Shown: positions 1-9,553 of the stretch, one piece after another | How positions within the stretch are numbered: the first letter of the stretch is position 1 | How the letters are laid out: each line of letters starts with the position of its first letter | IMG/VR virus record: IMGVR_UViG_3300044723_008778 | Location: 1 to 42,232 of that record | Length of the DNA: 42,232 bases | DNA from: a virus | Lineage: Duplodnaviria; Caudoviricetes | Direction: 5' to 3' (one strand) | Program-made: the position numbers and the translations under genes | Notes under the pieces: model-generated | What the model saw: the letters and a program-made list of their open reading frames with translations, nothing else | What the model was told of the DNA's origin: nothing | The model's database searches: none

Positions 1-574
1 AGTAGCTCAGGCCGGAGTTGACGCCCTGATTCGTTCCAAGTGCGTTCGGGACTGAGCCGGTCGAAAAGAACACCGAACTCTCAGTCAGGACCGTCAGTGG
101 GATCTTGATGATCGTCTTCGAGCTCAGTCTGTTCGAGAAACCAGGCAGCACGTTCGGATCCGTGCCGGTCAGGTAGAACGCGCCTGAGTTGGGCAGGACT
201 CGCTGGTGCTCCTTGAACGGGCCTATGTTCTCCGAGTTGTCGAAGAACGCGAACTGGTCGGCGATCCCCTTGCGAACGGTGCCCGTGGCCAGGATGTCAG
301 GTGTGGTGTTCGGCGTTGCCACCGACTCCGTGATGAACTTGAGATACTGACCGGTCGGCTCGAGCAGAGTGGGATAAGAGACCGTCACGTTGTCGCTGAA
401 GATCACCGTGCGTGTGTCGTCGAACTTGACCGGCTTGTTGCCTGAGAAGTCCGGATCGCCAGTTCGGGCGATGGTCGGATAGGATCCCGTGGCCGAGTCG
501 CGCTCTCGGAGCTGCACCCTGGGCGGGAGGCTGAGGTATCCCGATCTGCTGTCTGAACCCGAAATGACTGGCAT
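1..574 (-). CDS. Virion structural protein (tail/baseplate), runs off the window edge
   Basis: Not in the ORF track. ATG at 574-572 lies 1 nt after the TAG of the upstream gene and reads MPVISGSDSRSGYLSLPPRVQLRERDSATGSYPTIARTGDPDF with no stop before the edge. It sits in the baseplate operon and contains SGS/TGS motifs. Confidence 0.7.
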   Translation of the reverse strand, partial: MPVISGSDSRSGYLSLPPRVQLRERDSATGSYPTIARTGDPDFSGNKPVKFDDTRTVIFSDNVTVSYPTLLEPTGQYLKFITESVATPNTTPDILATGTVRKGIADQFAFFDNSENIGPFKEHQRVLPNSGAFYLTGTDPNVLPGFSNRLSSKTIIKIPLTVLTESSVFFSTGSVPNALGTNQGVNSGLSY

Positions 575-575
575 G

Positions 576-1517
576 CTATCTCCTCAGACCAGCGAACGCT
601 ATGGAATCTGTGCCCACCACGATGTCCTGCTTGAGCTGCGTCGGCCTCACGACTTGGCCTGCTGTTGCGACAACGACACCCGGTGCTGGGAAACCCACGA
701 TGGAACCAGTGACATTGGCCAGCATCAAGCTGCTGATCTGCTGGTCATTGTACCTGCTGGCGTTCTGGCGTTTATCGGTCGTGTCCACGAACGGCAGTGC
801 CATCGAGCCAGTGGCTTCGACGAAGCCAGGCTCAGGCATCGTCTCAACATTGTTGTTCAGCGGCACCTTGCCGGCATCGAAGTACGGATCTGTCGAGCGT
901 GAGTTGAAATCGTAGAAAGAGACGATCGGAACGTCTTCGCCGAGAGAGTCCTTGACGTGAGAGCTCTCCAGCGAGCCGAACACGCCGTGTGCTGGCCGGG
1001 GGACCTCGATGGTGGAGAAGTCAGCGATGGGCCTGATCGTGAGAGGCTCGATGACGCCATCGTAGGTGTACGGGTTCCCGAAGTAGGCATTCTGCATCGT
1101 GGCAGCCATCGGGTACCGCTCGCTGCCGAGCTCGATGTAGGTCTTCGCGTCGAACTTGTCTGCCTCGCGGAACGGTTGGTATCCTCCAGCATCGATCGAG
1201 GAGTCATCGGGTCCCGTCTGACCGAAGTCTCTCTGCTCAGCCTGCAGCCTGATCTTCGTGAACGCCTTCGGGGAGTCCATGGAGAGCGTGGACAGGCTGT
1301 TGACGTCAGGCAGAGTCAGCGTCTCGTCAAAGAACCTGACATCGTAGTTGGCCTGCAGGGATCCGGTCCGAATGAGCCCTGGCGTGGTGTTCGGCAGGAT
1401 CTTCGGGAAGTTGGCGCCGCGATAGTACTCAGGCCGGCTGATCTCGATGCCTTGCCTGTAGGCATCAAAGATGCTCGAGCCAGATACTGGGCCACCTATG
1501 AAGACTCTAGTTGCCAT
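576..1517 (-). CDS. Hypothetical virion structural protein
   Basis: 313 aa ORF tightly packed in the baseplate operon; no catalytic motif recognised. Confidence 0.6.
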   Translation of the reverse strand: MATRVFIGGPVSGSSIFDAYRQGIEISRPEYYRGANFPKILPNTTPGLIRTGSLQANYDVRFFDETLTLPDVNSLSTLSMDSPKAFTKIRLQAEQRDFGQTGPDDSSIDAGGYQPFREADKFDAKTYIELGSERYPMAATMQNAYFGNPYTYDGVIEPLTIRPIADFSTIEVPRPAHGVFGSLESSHVKDSLGEDVPIVSFYDFNSRSTDPYFDAGKVPLNNNVETMPEPGFVEATGSMALPFVDTTDKRQNASRYNDQQISSLMLANVTGSIVGFPAPGVVVATAGQVVRPTQLKQDIVVGTDSIAFAGLRR

Positions 1518-1520
1518 CGC

Positions 1521-4500
1521 TCACCCTATGATCCTGCCGTCGATCGTGTCAACTTCGTACCTGGTGTCAGAAGCATCCTCATCAACATCGTCGCCTCTAG
1601 CGGACACCTTGAGGTACTGCCTGTAGTCCTGGTAGCTGATCTTGGCGCGCTCAAGAATGTGAGACTCCACCACGAAGTTGGTGCCGAAGAAGTCTGTCTT
1701 GGCAGGCAACAGCTGCGCCAGGAAGTGCCCGATGGACACGTCAAACCAGTTGTAGAACTCGAAGAACTTCTCGAAGTTGATCTTGCCCGTGAGGCGCTTG
1801 AAGTAAACCCTGCGCAGCTTCTCCAGCTCCTTGTACGACATGGAGTACAACGCATCGGGCGTGCCCATGGCCTTCTCGATGGCCTCTAGCGTCGACAGGA
1901 TGTTGATGATGTCCTCGTTCAAGCCTCTCACCAGGCTGACTTCGATGGAGAGCCTCGTGTCATCCTGCGGCAAGTTCTTGCGATCCAGCTCGTACAGCGG
2001 AGCCGTAGAGGCATCGTACCTCTGAACCAACTCTTCGTTCTCGAAGCTTCGAAGCCGGATCTTGTTGTACTCGCTGCGCTCGTCGTATCGCGGCTCGATC
2101 ATGGCGAAGTCGAACCTTCTCGGCTCGATGATGCGCTTGCTGGCTTCGAGGCCGGCCGCGAGCGAGGATGAGAAATTCTGGGAGAAATCAACGATCTCGA
2201 GCTTGCCTGCTGCCGTCGACTGAGTGACGGGCTGGTCAACAGACAGGTTGAGCCTCAGCCGCTCGAAAGAGCCGGTTGGTGCGATCTCGAAGTTGAAGTT
2301 CTTGAGCGGATCAACGACGCCAACAGAGCGCGGGTTCCAGACGTGATCCTCGAACTCGGATGCATTGAGCGCCTTGGAGAAGAATCTGAGCTCACCGAAC
2401 TGGCCCTCGAACCTCGTCTCTCTTGCGAGGCTGTCCGTGACATATGTCGGTGGGTGAACGCCGATCTCGATGGCAGTGTCCAGAGACTGAGAGCCAACAA
2501 CCAGGAACGAGCCGCTTGCGTTAGCAGCCGCGTTGATGTTCGAGAACAGGTCCGTGTTGCCGCTGGCAGACTCATTGAAGATGGTGCTGGTCTCGTACAG
2601 ATCGATGCCAGCACCGAACCTGTTGCGGCCAGCTCTCAGGAAGTAGCTAGCCGTTGTGAACGGTGATGCTAGCGTTCCCTTGCTTCGACCGTAAGAGACG
2701 TACCAGTCGCTGCCGTCGAAGACGTTCACGCCCGTCAGGATGAGGTGGATGACGTTCTCGAACTTGGCATCTATCGGCCTAGCGAACAGCTGCAAGCTGC
2801 CAGTGACCTTGCTGGAGAGGCTCTCGGAAACTGCCACCAGGTTCGCGACTGTGGCGTTGCCATCTGAGCCTGTCACGTTGACGCGCATGAGTGACTGGTT
2901 GCCCGCATAGGAGCCCGTGATCCGACCGGGAAATCGAATCAGATTCTCAACTGTGAAGCTGCCTGACGTCAGCAAGCCGTCATTGGGATCGTTCGAGATG
3001 CCGTGAGGCGGGAACTGCACCTTGTTGACGAATGTGCCAGCAACCTGCGGGAAGCCAACCTCGAGGCGGGAAGAGCTCAGGAACGTCGATGTCAGATAGG
3101 GCACAGAGGAACTGAAACCCTGCGCATCCGTGCTGGCACCCGTCTTGTTCAGAGCACCGGACATCTCCAGCAGTGCCCTGACCTCAGCGATCTTCCTTCG
3201 AGTCACCCTGAAGTCCTTGCGACGAGAGCCGCCGAACTCTCGGATCCTGACCGAAGTGTCCGGATTGATGCCGAGCGCCCTGAAGACAGCCTCAATGGAA
3301 TGCCTCGTGCCCTTCGAGCGAATGATGTCTTGGAAGTTGGTCAGGAACCTTCGCAGCATCTGAGCAGTCACGTGCTTGGCTGTCTGCGAGGCTACTGCCT
3401 CGTTCAGCGCCAGGTTGATGCCCGAGAAGTACTGAGCGACAGACATGAGCCGGTAGACAAACGGCAAGCCATCGAATCCTCGGAGCTCATTGAGCACTGT
3501 CACGAGCTGGTCTGCAACACCGCCTTCCTCTTCGTAGTCGACGTGAACCAGCTTGGAGAAGTGGTCCAGGAAGATCTTGTACTCGTCGAACTGCTTGGCG
3601 AGCGTGAACAGGAACGCAGAGATGATCTGTGGCTGGCCGATCTTGCCTGAGCCGGGAATAGGCGTGGACGGCAGGTCTGTCGTGTACGGGTCACCCGTGT
3701 CAGCATCCTCATCCAGGAAGCCTTCAGCCTGGGTTGCCTCAAGCAGAAAGTGGCGCGGGATGAGCTTCGTTATGAGGCTCGGGTTGTTGGCATCGTAGTT
3801 GCTAGCAGACGTCAACAGGTCAGCGTTGATCGCGACCGTGTCCGTGAACGTCGGAAACAACACGGGCGAGATGTTCAGGTTCTCAAGTGGCTTGTTGGAG
3901 CCGCTAGGCAGGTTCTGCACCCTGAGGCTTGCACTGAAGCCCGACACTGTTGCGTGCAGGCCGTTGCCGGAACTGTCCAGCACGATGTCGTTGCCGCTGT
4001 AGCTGCCAGTAGGCTCATTGAATCGAGCGAGGTAGACGAGGTTCGGCTCCTCGATGGGATAGATGGTGTTGGTGATGTTGGCTGCGAGTTGGCCGTTCGA
4101 CCGCGCCTCGTGGAAGATCCTGAAGTCGTCCAGTGCGCCTGAGAGCGTCTGCTGCGGCACGAACTGACCAGATGAGATAACAGAGGCGGGAACCGCTTGA
4201 GCCACGCCAGAGCCGACCAGCATGCTCGCAGTGACGAAATCCATGCTGCCCATCTCAATCGACGTGTTGGAGCTAGCAACGAGGCTCGAGCCGCTGAATA
4301 TCTGGACCTGGTCGACGCCAGGCGTTCTGTTCAGGACAACAGCCACGTGGTTGAATACGTCTCGATCGAACGCGTAGGTAGCAGCCATCCTGTTGGAACC
4401 GGAGGTCGCAACAGCCACTAGGTTGACTGTGCTGGCACCGCTAGCAGACTCGGACAGGAAAGCAGAGATGCCGTCGCCCGTGCTACCGATCTTCTGGAAC

Positions 4501-5063
4501 ACCGTCATGTTATCCAGATCAACGCCGCCGGGATGGAAGACATCAAAGACGAACGAGATGGACTTAGTGCCAGGATCGATGGCGGGCTGTGCGTTGGGAT
4601 CTTCAGAGAGCTCAGGCACCAGATAGCCCTTGCGATCCTTCACTTCAGCAAAGCTTGCGCTGAACTTGAGATAGGCCTTGTTCTTCGGGAATCGATCGTA
4701 GATGTACTTCTCGAAGCCAGTCAGGGAATCGAGATAATCCTGGATCTCGGTTCTGGAGCCGTCGAACGGGAAGTAGTTGATGATAGAATCGAAAGCCATG
4801 TTCACATTGGCTTCCGCAGAGTTGAAGAACGTGTGGTTGCTGAACTGCGACCAATCCAGTGGGATCTGCTGCGTGGACTTGAGCGGGTAGCCGAGCGGAT
4901 CGTCGTTGTAGCTCGACGTCGTGTAGGAGCCAGAGTGCCCGTACAGATCGTCCATTGAAGACAAGTAGATCTTGCCTGATCCGCCGAACAGGTACTCGTT
5001 CCTCTCCGGCGTGAAGAGCTGAACTCTGCGACCGAATATGTTGGCTGGCCTGATCGGCATCAC
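1521..5063 (-). CDS. Large baseplate wedge/tail protein with LamG (concanavalin-like) domains and a P2 gpI/T4 gp7-like segment
   Basis: 1180 aa. LamG-type signatures (FNHVAVV...GALDDFRIF; WYVSY...GQFGELRFFSKAL) and IIRSKGTRHSIEAVFRALGI, which resembles the gpI/gp7 'KGT' motif. Lies downstream of the gp6-like gene. Confidence 0.7.
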   Translation of the reverse strand: MMPIRPANIFGRRVQLFTPERNEYLFGGSGKIYLSSMDDLYGHSGSYTTSSYNDDPLGYPLKSTQQIPLDWSQFSNHTFFNSAEANVNMAFDSIINYFPFDGSRTEIQDYLDSLTGFEKYIYDRFPKNKAYLKFSASFAEVKDRKGYLVPELSEDPNAQPAIDPGTKSISFVFDVFHPGGVDLDNMTVFQKIGSTGDGISAFLSESASGASTVNLVAVATSGSNRMAATYAFDRDVFNHVAVVLNRTPGVDQVQIFSGSSLVASSNTSIEMGSMDFVTASMLVGSGVAQAVPASVISSGQFVPQQTLSGALDDFRIFHEARSNGQLAANITNTIYPIEEPNLVYLARFNEPTGSYSGNDIVLDSSGNGLHATVSGFSASLRVQNLPSGSNKPLENLNISPVLFPTFTDTVAINADLLTSASNYDANNPSLITKLIPRHFLLEATQAEGFLDEDADTGDPYTTDLPSTPIPGSGKIGQPQIISAFLFTLAKQFDEYKIFLDHFSKLVHVDYEEEGGVADQLVTVLNELRGFDGLPFVYRLMSVAQYFSGINLALNEAVASQTAKHVTAQMLRRFLTNFQDIIRSKGTRHSIEAVFRALGINPDTSVRIREFGGSRRKDFRVTRRKIAEVRALLEMSGALNKTGASTDAQGFSSSVPYLTSTFLSSSRLEVGFPQVAGTFVNKVQFPPHGISNDPNDGLLTSGSFTVENLIRFPGRITGSYAGNQSLMRVNVTGSDGNATVANLVAVSESLSSKVTGSLQLFARPIDAKFENVIHLILTGVNVFDGSDWYVSYGRSKGTLASPFTTASYFLRAGRNRFGAGIDLYETSTIFNESASGNTDLFSNINAAANASGSFLVVGSQSLDTAIEIGVHPPTYVTDSLARETRFEGQFGELRFFSKALNASEFEDHVWNPRSVGVVDPLKNFNFEIAPTGSFERLRLNLSVDQPVTQSTAAGKLEIVDFSQNFSSSLAAGLEASKRIIEPRRFDFAMIEPRYDERSEYNKIRLRSFENEELVQRYDASTAPLYELDRKNLPQDDTRLSIEVSLVRGLNEDIINILSTLEAIEKAMGTPDALYSMSYKELEKLRRVYFKRLTGKINFEKFFEFYNWFDVSIGHFLAQLLPAKTDFFGTNFVVESHILERAKISYQDYRQYLKVSARGDDVDEDASDTRYEVDTIDGRIIG

Positions 5064-6592
5064 TCCACCCTGAACGACACGTTAGCTAGCTCATACCTCT
5101 CGGAGACGCCGAAATCGTTGCACTTGATCTCGATGCCGTACTGTCTGCCCATGGGCAAGCCATTCATCTTGATGTCGAAGAAGAGCCCATCGGAATCAGA
5201 GCTCATCCTCGTGCCGTTGTTGGACTCGAGGAACGGAACAACAATCTTCCTTGTCTGCTTGTCCACGATCTGGTAGTACACCTCGTCTGGAATGATGGAC
5301 TTGAGACGAAGAGGCAGCTTGGCGGCGAATCGCTGCGCGTTCAGGTCGCGAACAAACACGCGGAACCTGTGCGTCTCCGTGCTCTTGAAGATGCTCTGCG
5401 AGTTCGTGCAGATGAAATCCAGATCCTTCGGAATCGACTGGAATGCCGTTCTCTCCAGGCGGCGGATAGTCAGCGAGCCGGTGTGGTAAGCGACGGTGCC
5501 ATCCAAGCTCTCCCAGTACTGGTCGAACGTGACCGAGCCAGACGTGGATATGAGGGTCGAGAGAGGCGTCGAACCGGTGTAGGCCGTGGCCTCGTTAGAC
5601 GGGATGGCGAACGTTGCTGAGTAAACGCCCGCAACGTTGTTGCCTGCTTGAGTGAACTGGCTAGCTGTCACGTACTTCACGAACGAGCCGGTCACAAGCT
5701 TCATGATGAGGCTGTTCTGGCCGGCGATGGAAGTCAGCGCAGATCCAGACACCAGATCGGTCAGCTGGTTGCGCAGGTAGCTGTTGAGGAACACCGATCC
5801 GGTCGAGTCAAAGTAGAAATCTTGACTGTGGTCGAATAGCGTGTCATCGAACGAGACGAGGATGCGAGGGTGTAGCGCTCGGTTGGAAGAGTGGCGAGAC
5901 GCGAACCTCTTGACGAACCTGCTCTTGTCGTCCGTCTCCTCTGAGCCGCTAAAAGAGATCCGGAAGCCGTGGTCTGGAATCTGGCCTGCCAGCGTGCCAG
6001 AGACGAGGTCGGTCACATCTAGAGACAGGTCCTCGCGGCCGGTCGCAAAATACTGGCTCTTCCAGAGGTTCTTGAGGCCGTCGCCGTCCTGCAGGTTGCC
6101 GCTCGAGATGATGTCAATGTCATCGGAGCCGAGCAGGCCCTGAGCATCGGCACCTGACACGAACCAGGCGTTGTTGGTGCCGTTCGAGTAAGACGCTGTG
6201 ATGAAGTTGGCTCTGTCCAGATCTCCGAACGAAGCAACGTCTCGGCCGATGCCTTCGTCGAATGACCGGGACAGTGGGAAAGCGATGAGCCGGAAATCTG
6301 CCGGGTTGGTGTTGCCGCCGAGCATGTCGAACAGCTGCAGAGTGGCCTTGAAAGACGGGCTGTTCAGGTCTGCAAGCGATGCAGTGAGAGCTCTCAGGGG
6401 TGCCAGATCAAACTTGACGAGCGCGCGGCTGATCTCTATCGGATCTGTCGTGCCAGAGATCTCGTTCTCTGAGTAGAGCTTGAACAGGTCCAGAGTGCCA
6501 GCACGGCCGACATTGGCGTCAGTCGTCCTGATCTTGCCGACGATCTTGTTGGTGATGTAGGTGTCTGAAGACGCTGTGAGTACGAGAAACAT
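5060..6592 (-). CDS. Virion structural protein, possible DNRLRE/carbohydrate-binding-like beta-sandwich
   Basis: 510 aa. N-terminal ASSDTYIT...SRALVKFDL pattern resembles DNRLRE-type domains; lies between baseplate wedge genes. Confidence 0.55.
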   Translation of the reverse strand: MFLVLTASSDTYITNKIVGKIRTTDANVGRAGTLDLFKLYSENEISGTTDPIEISRALVKFDLAPLRALTASLADLNSPSFKATLQLFDMLGGNTNPADFRLIAFPLSRSFDEGIGRDVASFGDLDRANFITASYSNGTNNAWFVSGADAQGLLGSDDIDIISSGNLQDGDGLKNLWKSQYFATGREDLSLDVTDLVSGTLAGQIPDHGFRISFSGSEETDDKSRFVKRFASRHSSNRALHPRILVSFDDTLFDHSQDFYFDSTGSVFLNSYLRNQLTDLVSGSALTSIAGQNSLIMKLVTGSFVKYVTASQFTQAGNNVAGVYSATFAIPSNEATAYTGSTPLSTLISTSGSVTFDQYWESLDGTVAYHTGSLTIRRLERTAFQSIPKDLDFICTNSQSIFKSTETHRFRVFVRDLNAQRFAAKLPLRLKSIIPDEVYYQIVDKQTRKIVVPFLESNNGTRMSSDSDGLFFDIKMNGLPMGRQYGIEIKCNDFGVSERYELANVSFRVE

Positions 6593-6594
6593 GG

Positions 6595-8499
6595 TTACAC
6601 CGCCGAGCCAATGATGTCTGCGCCAGGGTATCGCAACTCAAAGATGGATCCGACAGGGCCCGTGTAGATGCCGTTCTTGAGAGTTGACTCCCGAGAGAAC
6701 GAGGTTCTGTTGTACTGCCTGCCCTCGAATCGACCGGAGCCGTCAGTCGGAACATCAATGATCTCGAGCTCTGTCATGCTCAAGACGCCCTGCTGGTTGA
6801 TGATGATGTTGACCAAGTCGTCCCTAACGATGGGCTGATTGATCTGGAAGTTGGACACGCGCAGTGCCCTTCCGATCGCCGTGTTGATCTTGGAGATGAC
6901 ACCTGACTTGTTGTAGTTGGGATCCAGAAGCACCTGGTATCTCACGCGGAAGTTGATGGGCTGCGCATCGAGAATATCGACAGCATCCGAGATGAGCCTA
7001 AACTCGTTGAGGTAGAGGCTCAGGTTCTCCTTAAGCGTGTCTGTCGCCACGGTGAGTCGGCCAGCAGAATCTCTCGAAATGATGTAGACGAGCGTTGAGA
7101 GCGGCGTCTCAGGATTGGGCGAGATCGCAGCTCTGAACACACGGCCGAACTTAGCGGGCAAGCTGTAGACCCTTGCGAGGAAGTCCTGCTTGCTGACGAT
7201 GCGACCCTGAAGAGCACGAGCTGATGTCACCCTGGCTCTGAGATCGTTGATAGTGGGAGCCGTGTCGCCACCAACAGCAGCGACGGGGTTCGACACGTCA
7301 ACAGAGTTGGCCACTCGATTGGACAGGTTAGTGAACGTGTTGTTGGCGATGCCAGGATGGTTGGCAGCGTTGTAGTCTATGGATCTAGGGAACTCCCTCT
7401 GGAACCTCTTGACGAACCTGATCGCGTTAGGGCCGACATTGTGGTTACGACCGCCGCCGTGCCTGTACCTGACCGTGATGGCAGTGTTCTTGGGGGAGAT
7501 GCCGAGCGACTGGGTATCCAGCAGCTTGTTGGGATCCAGAGCGAACCTAGAGAACGTCGTCTTGCCATAGAGCGGCAGAGCTAGCTCAGATGGATCTGGG
7601 ACGATGTCGTCGTCGAGAGAGTCAGCATTCCCGCTGCCGAAACGAAGCGTTGTGGCGCGGCTCTGAAGAGACGTGAGAGAGACGTATCGATAGGGAGCAG
7701 GAATGAGCTCCAGCGTGGAATCGACAATGTCGCCATCCGCGTTGACGTTCTTGATGCCTCTAAACACGTTCGACTGTGTGAGCGACTCGACCTCGTAGTA
7801 GACGTTACCGTCAGAATCCCTGACCGAGATGACCTCGGTGACGTTGGGGCTCGACAGCGAGATGGTGCGAAACGGCACGAACGTGTTCGGGATGCTGAAC
7901 GTCTCAGTGCGCTCGTCGCCGGACACGCAGAGGCCGCTGCGGCTGACGATGAAAGTGCCTTTCCGCGCGCCAGTGCCAGCAACGCCTCTGACCACATTGG
8001 CCTTCAGGTTACCTGCCCTGTCCGTCTCCGTGAAGTCAACGTCCTCGACCAGGTTGAATTGGGTGCCGTTGGCAGATCGAAGCTGGGTGCCTGCAAGCAC
8101 CTTGGGCAGAAGAGCGGGATCCGGGATCGGATTGCCTCCTGGCCCGTCGATGGCGAACACCTCGAAGAAGATGTCTACCTGGACGACTGCCGGCGAAGCG
8201 CCCACGATCTTGATGCCAGAGTTGCGAATGTGGTTCTCGATGTTCGCAGTCTCGACAGCAGTGTTCGGGTTGAGCTCGTTGAACTGGTGGTCGAGATAGA
8301 ACGAGAGCGTGTCACCAACGAACGCGTTCATGTCCAGGAACAAGCCGCCCATGCTGGCTTCAGAGAAGTCGCTGATCTTGTCCGGGAAGTAGGCCTTGGC
8401 GTACTTGAGCAGCTCGGACCTGAACGAATCAAAGTCGCGGGCCAAGTAGTTACGCGTGCGCTCCTTGCGGATCTGTTTCTGTATTCTCTCTTTCGCCAT
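6595..8499 (-). CDS. Baseplate wedge subunit (T4 gp6 / P2 gpJ-like)
   Basis: N-terminal YLARDFDSFRSELLKY...DFSEASMGGLFLDMNAFVGDTLSFYLD, internal LRFGSG and QGRIVSKQDF match gp6-family patterns. Confidence 0.88.
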   Translation of the reverse strand: MAKERIQKQIRKERTRNYLARDFDSFRSELLKYAKAYFPDKISDFSEASMGGLFLDMNAFVGDTLSFYLDHQFNELNPNTAVETANIENHIRNSGIKIVGASPAVVQVDIFFEVFAIDGPGGNPIPDPALLPKVLAGTQLRSANGTQFNLVEDVDFTETDRAGNLKANVVRGVAGTGARKGTFIVSRSGLCVSGDERTETFSIPNTFVPFRTISLSSPNVTEVISVRDSDGNVYYEVESLTQSNVFRGIKNVNADGDIVDSTLELIPAPYRYVSLTSLQSRATTLRFGSGNADSLDDDIVPDPSELALPLYGKTTFSRFALDPNKLLDTQSLGISPKNTAITVRYRHGGGRNHNVGPNAIRFVKRFQREFPRSIDYNAANHPGIANNTFTNLSNRVANSVDVSNPVAAVGGDTAPTINDLRARVTSARALQGRIVSKQDFLARVYSLPAKFGRVFRAAISPNPETPLSTLVYIISRDSAGRLTVATDTLKENLSLYLNEFRLISDAVDILDAQPINFRVRYQVLLDPNYNKSGVISKINTAIGRALRVSNFQINQPIVRDDLVNIIINQQGVLSMTELEIIDVPTDGSGRFEGRQYNRTSFSRESTLKNGIYTGPVGSIFELRYPGADIIGSAV

Positions 8500-8506
8500 C
8501 CTTCTG

Positions 8507-8995
8507 TTATCCCGCGGAGTAAATAACGACCTCGACCTTCTGGCCAGTGACGCCTAGGACTGGGATGTCGTACGTCATCCTGACGCCCACCTTGGCCACT
8601 TCCTTGTTGTCTTCGTAGATCGTGATAGGCTCGAAAGAAGCCGGCTGCACCAGTGGTAAGTACTTGGAGATGGCTCGTCCAATGCGGCGCATAGCCAAAT
8701 TAGTGCCCTCGTCAGTCGAGATGTCGAAAGCGATGGGCATGAGGTTCGCGCCGAAGTCATAGAACGGTGGACGCTCGCCGTGGTTCGTGCGGAGCAGGTT
8801 CTTCAGGTTGTCCTTGATCTGGTCGAGGAGGTTCCTGTGCATCGCAAAGAGGCCGTCCGCGTTGTCGCCGAACTCCACGGGCGTCTTGATGCCGATGGGG
8901 TTGTTGGACACGAATCTGGATGCGGCCTGCCTCAGCTGCTCTTCTTCGAAGCCGACTGACTTGAAGTCGTAGACTTTTCTGGGGCCTGCAATCAT
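8507..8995 (-). CDS. Baseplate gp25-like (GPW/gp25) sheath-initiator protein
   Basis: DQIKDNLKNLLRTNHGERPPFYDFGANL is the gp25 signature (LL.T..GER...P.FG); immediately upstream of the gp6-like gene. Confidence 0.88.
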   Translation of the reverse strand: MIAGPRKVYDFKSVGFEEEQLRQAASRFVSNNPIGIKTPVEFGDNADGLFAMHRNLLDQIKDNLKNLLRTNHGERPPFYDFGANLMPIAFDISTDEGTNLAMRRIGRAISKYLPLVQPASFEPITIYEDNKEVAKVGVRMTYDIPVLGVTGQKVEVVIYSAG

Positions 8996-9016
8996 CTACT
9001 GCTCCGGTTCAAGAGA

Positions 9017-9024
9017 TAAGTATG
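9017..9024 (-). promoter_or_regulatory. Candidate phage late promoter motif CATACTTA upstream of the gp25/baseplate operon
   Basis: One of six intergenic copies of CATAYTTA; 21 nt upstream of the ATG, with SD GGAG between. Confidence 0.65.
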
Positions 9025-9040
9025 CGATGTCGCGTTCTTG

Positions 9041-9553
9041 TCATGCAGGAACAGCGGTGTACGGAGGCACAATCACGGGCTTGGTGACAAACGCCGGACC
9101 GGCTGCTATCAAGTCAGCCTCAACTGCTGAAAACAGCGCGTTCGTGAGTTTCCTAGCCGTCTCGCGAGGCACAGTGTGCGCTAACAGCGAGCGAAGCAAT
9201 GAACTTGTTGCTCCAACTATGGGTGGAGCAGTAGTGGCTGGTGCTGGCGGAGGCAAAGCCACTGATCTCGGTTCGAAGAAGCCAGCATTCAGGTCTTCAA
9301 TGTAGGGTGGAATGATCTTCTCCCAGCCCTCTCTCGACTGTTCGCCGTACTCGCTAACTGCCAACCCAAGGAAAAAATCGGGATCCAGGAGAAGCACACC
9401 TGCGTCTATCTGGGGGCCTAAAGCATCAAGAAATGGGCCATCAAAGAAGTTGATGACGCCCATCGGATCTACCTCTTCTTCCGTCAGAAAGAACTCAGCT
9501 TGCGTCCCGAAAGACAGATCCACGTTCTCGAACGCCTCGCGGTAGTCTGCCAT
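9041..9553 (-). CDS. Hypothetical protein with Pro-rich segment
   Basis: 170 aa; start overlaps the stop of the gp5-like gene (TAATG); acidic N-half and ALPPPAPATTAPP segment. Confidence 0.55.
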   Translation of the reverse strand: MADYREAFENVDLSFGTQAEFFLTEEEVDPMGVINFFDGPFLDALGPQIDAGVLLLDPDFFLGLAVSEYGEQSREGWEKIIPPYIEDLNAGFFEPRSVALPPPAPATTAPPIVGATSSLLRSLLAHTVPRETARKLTNALFSAVEADLIAAGPAFVTKPVIVPPYTAVPA

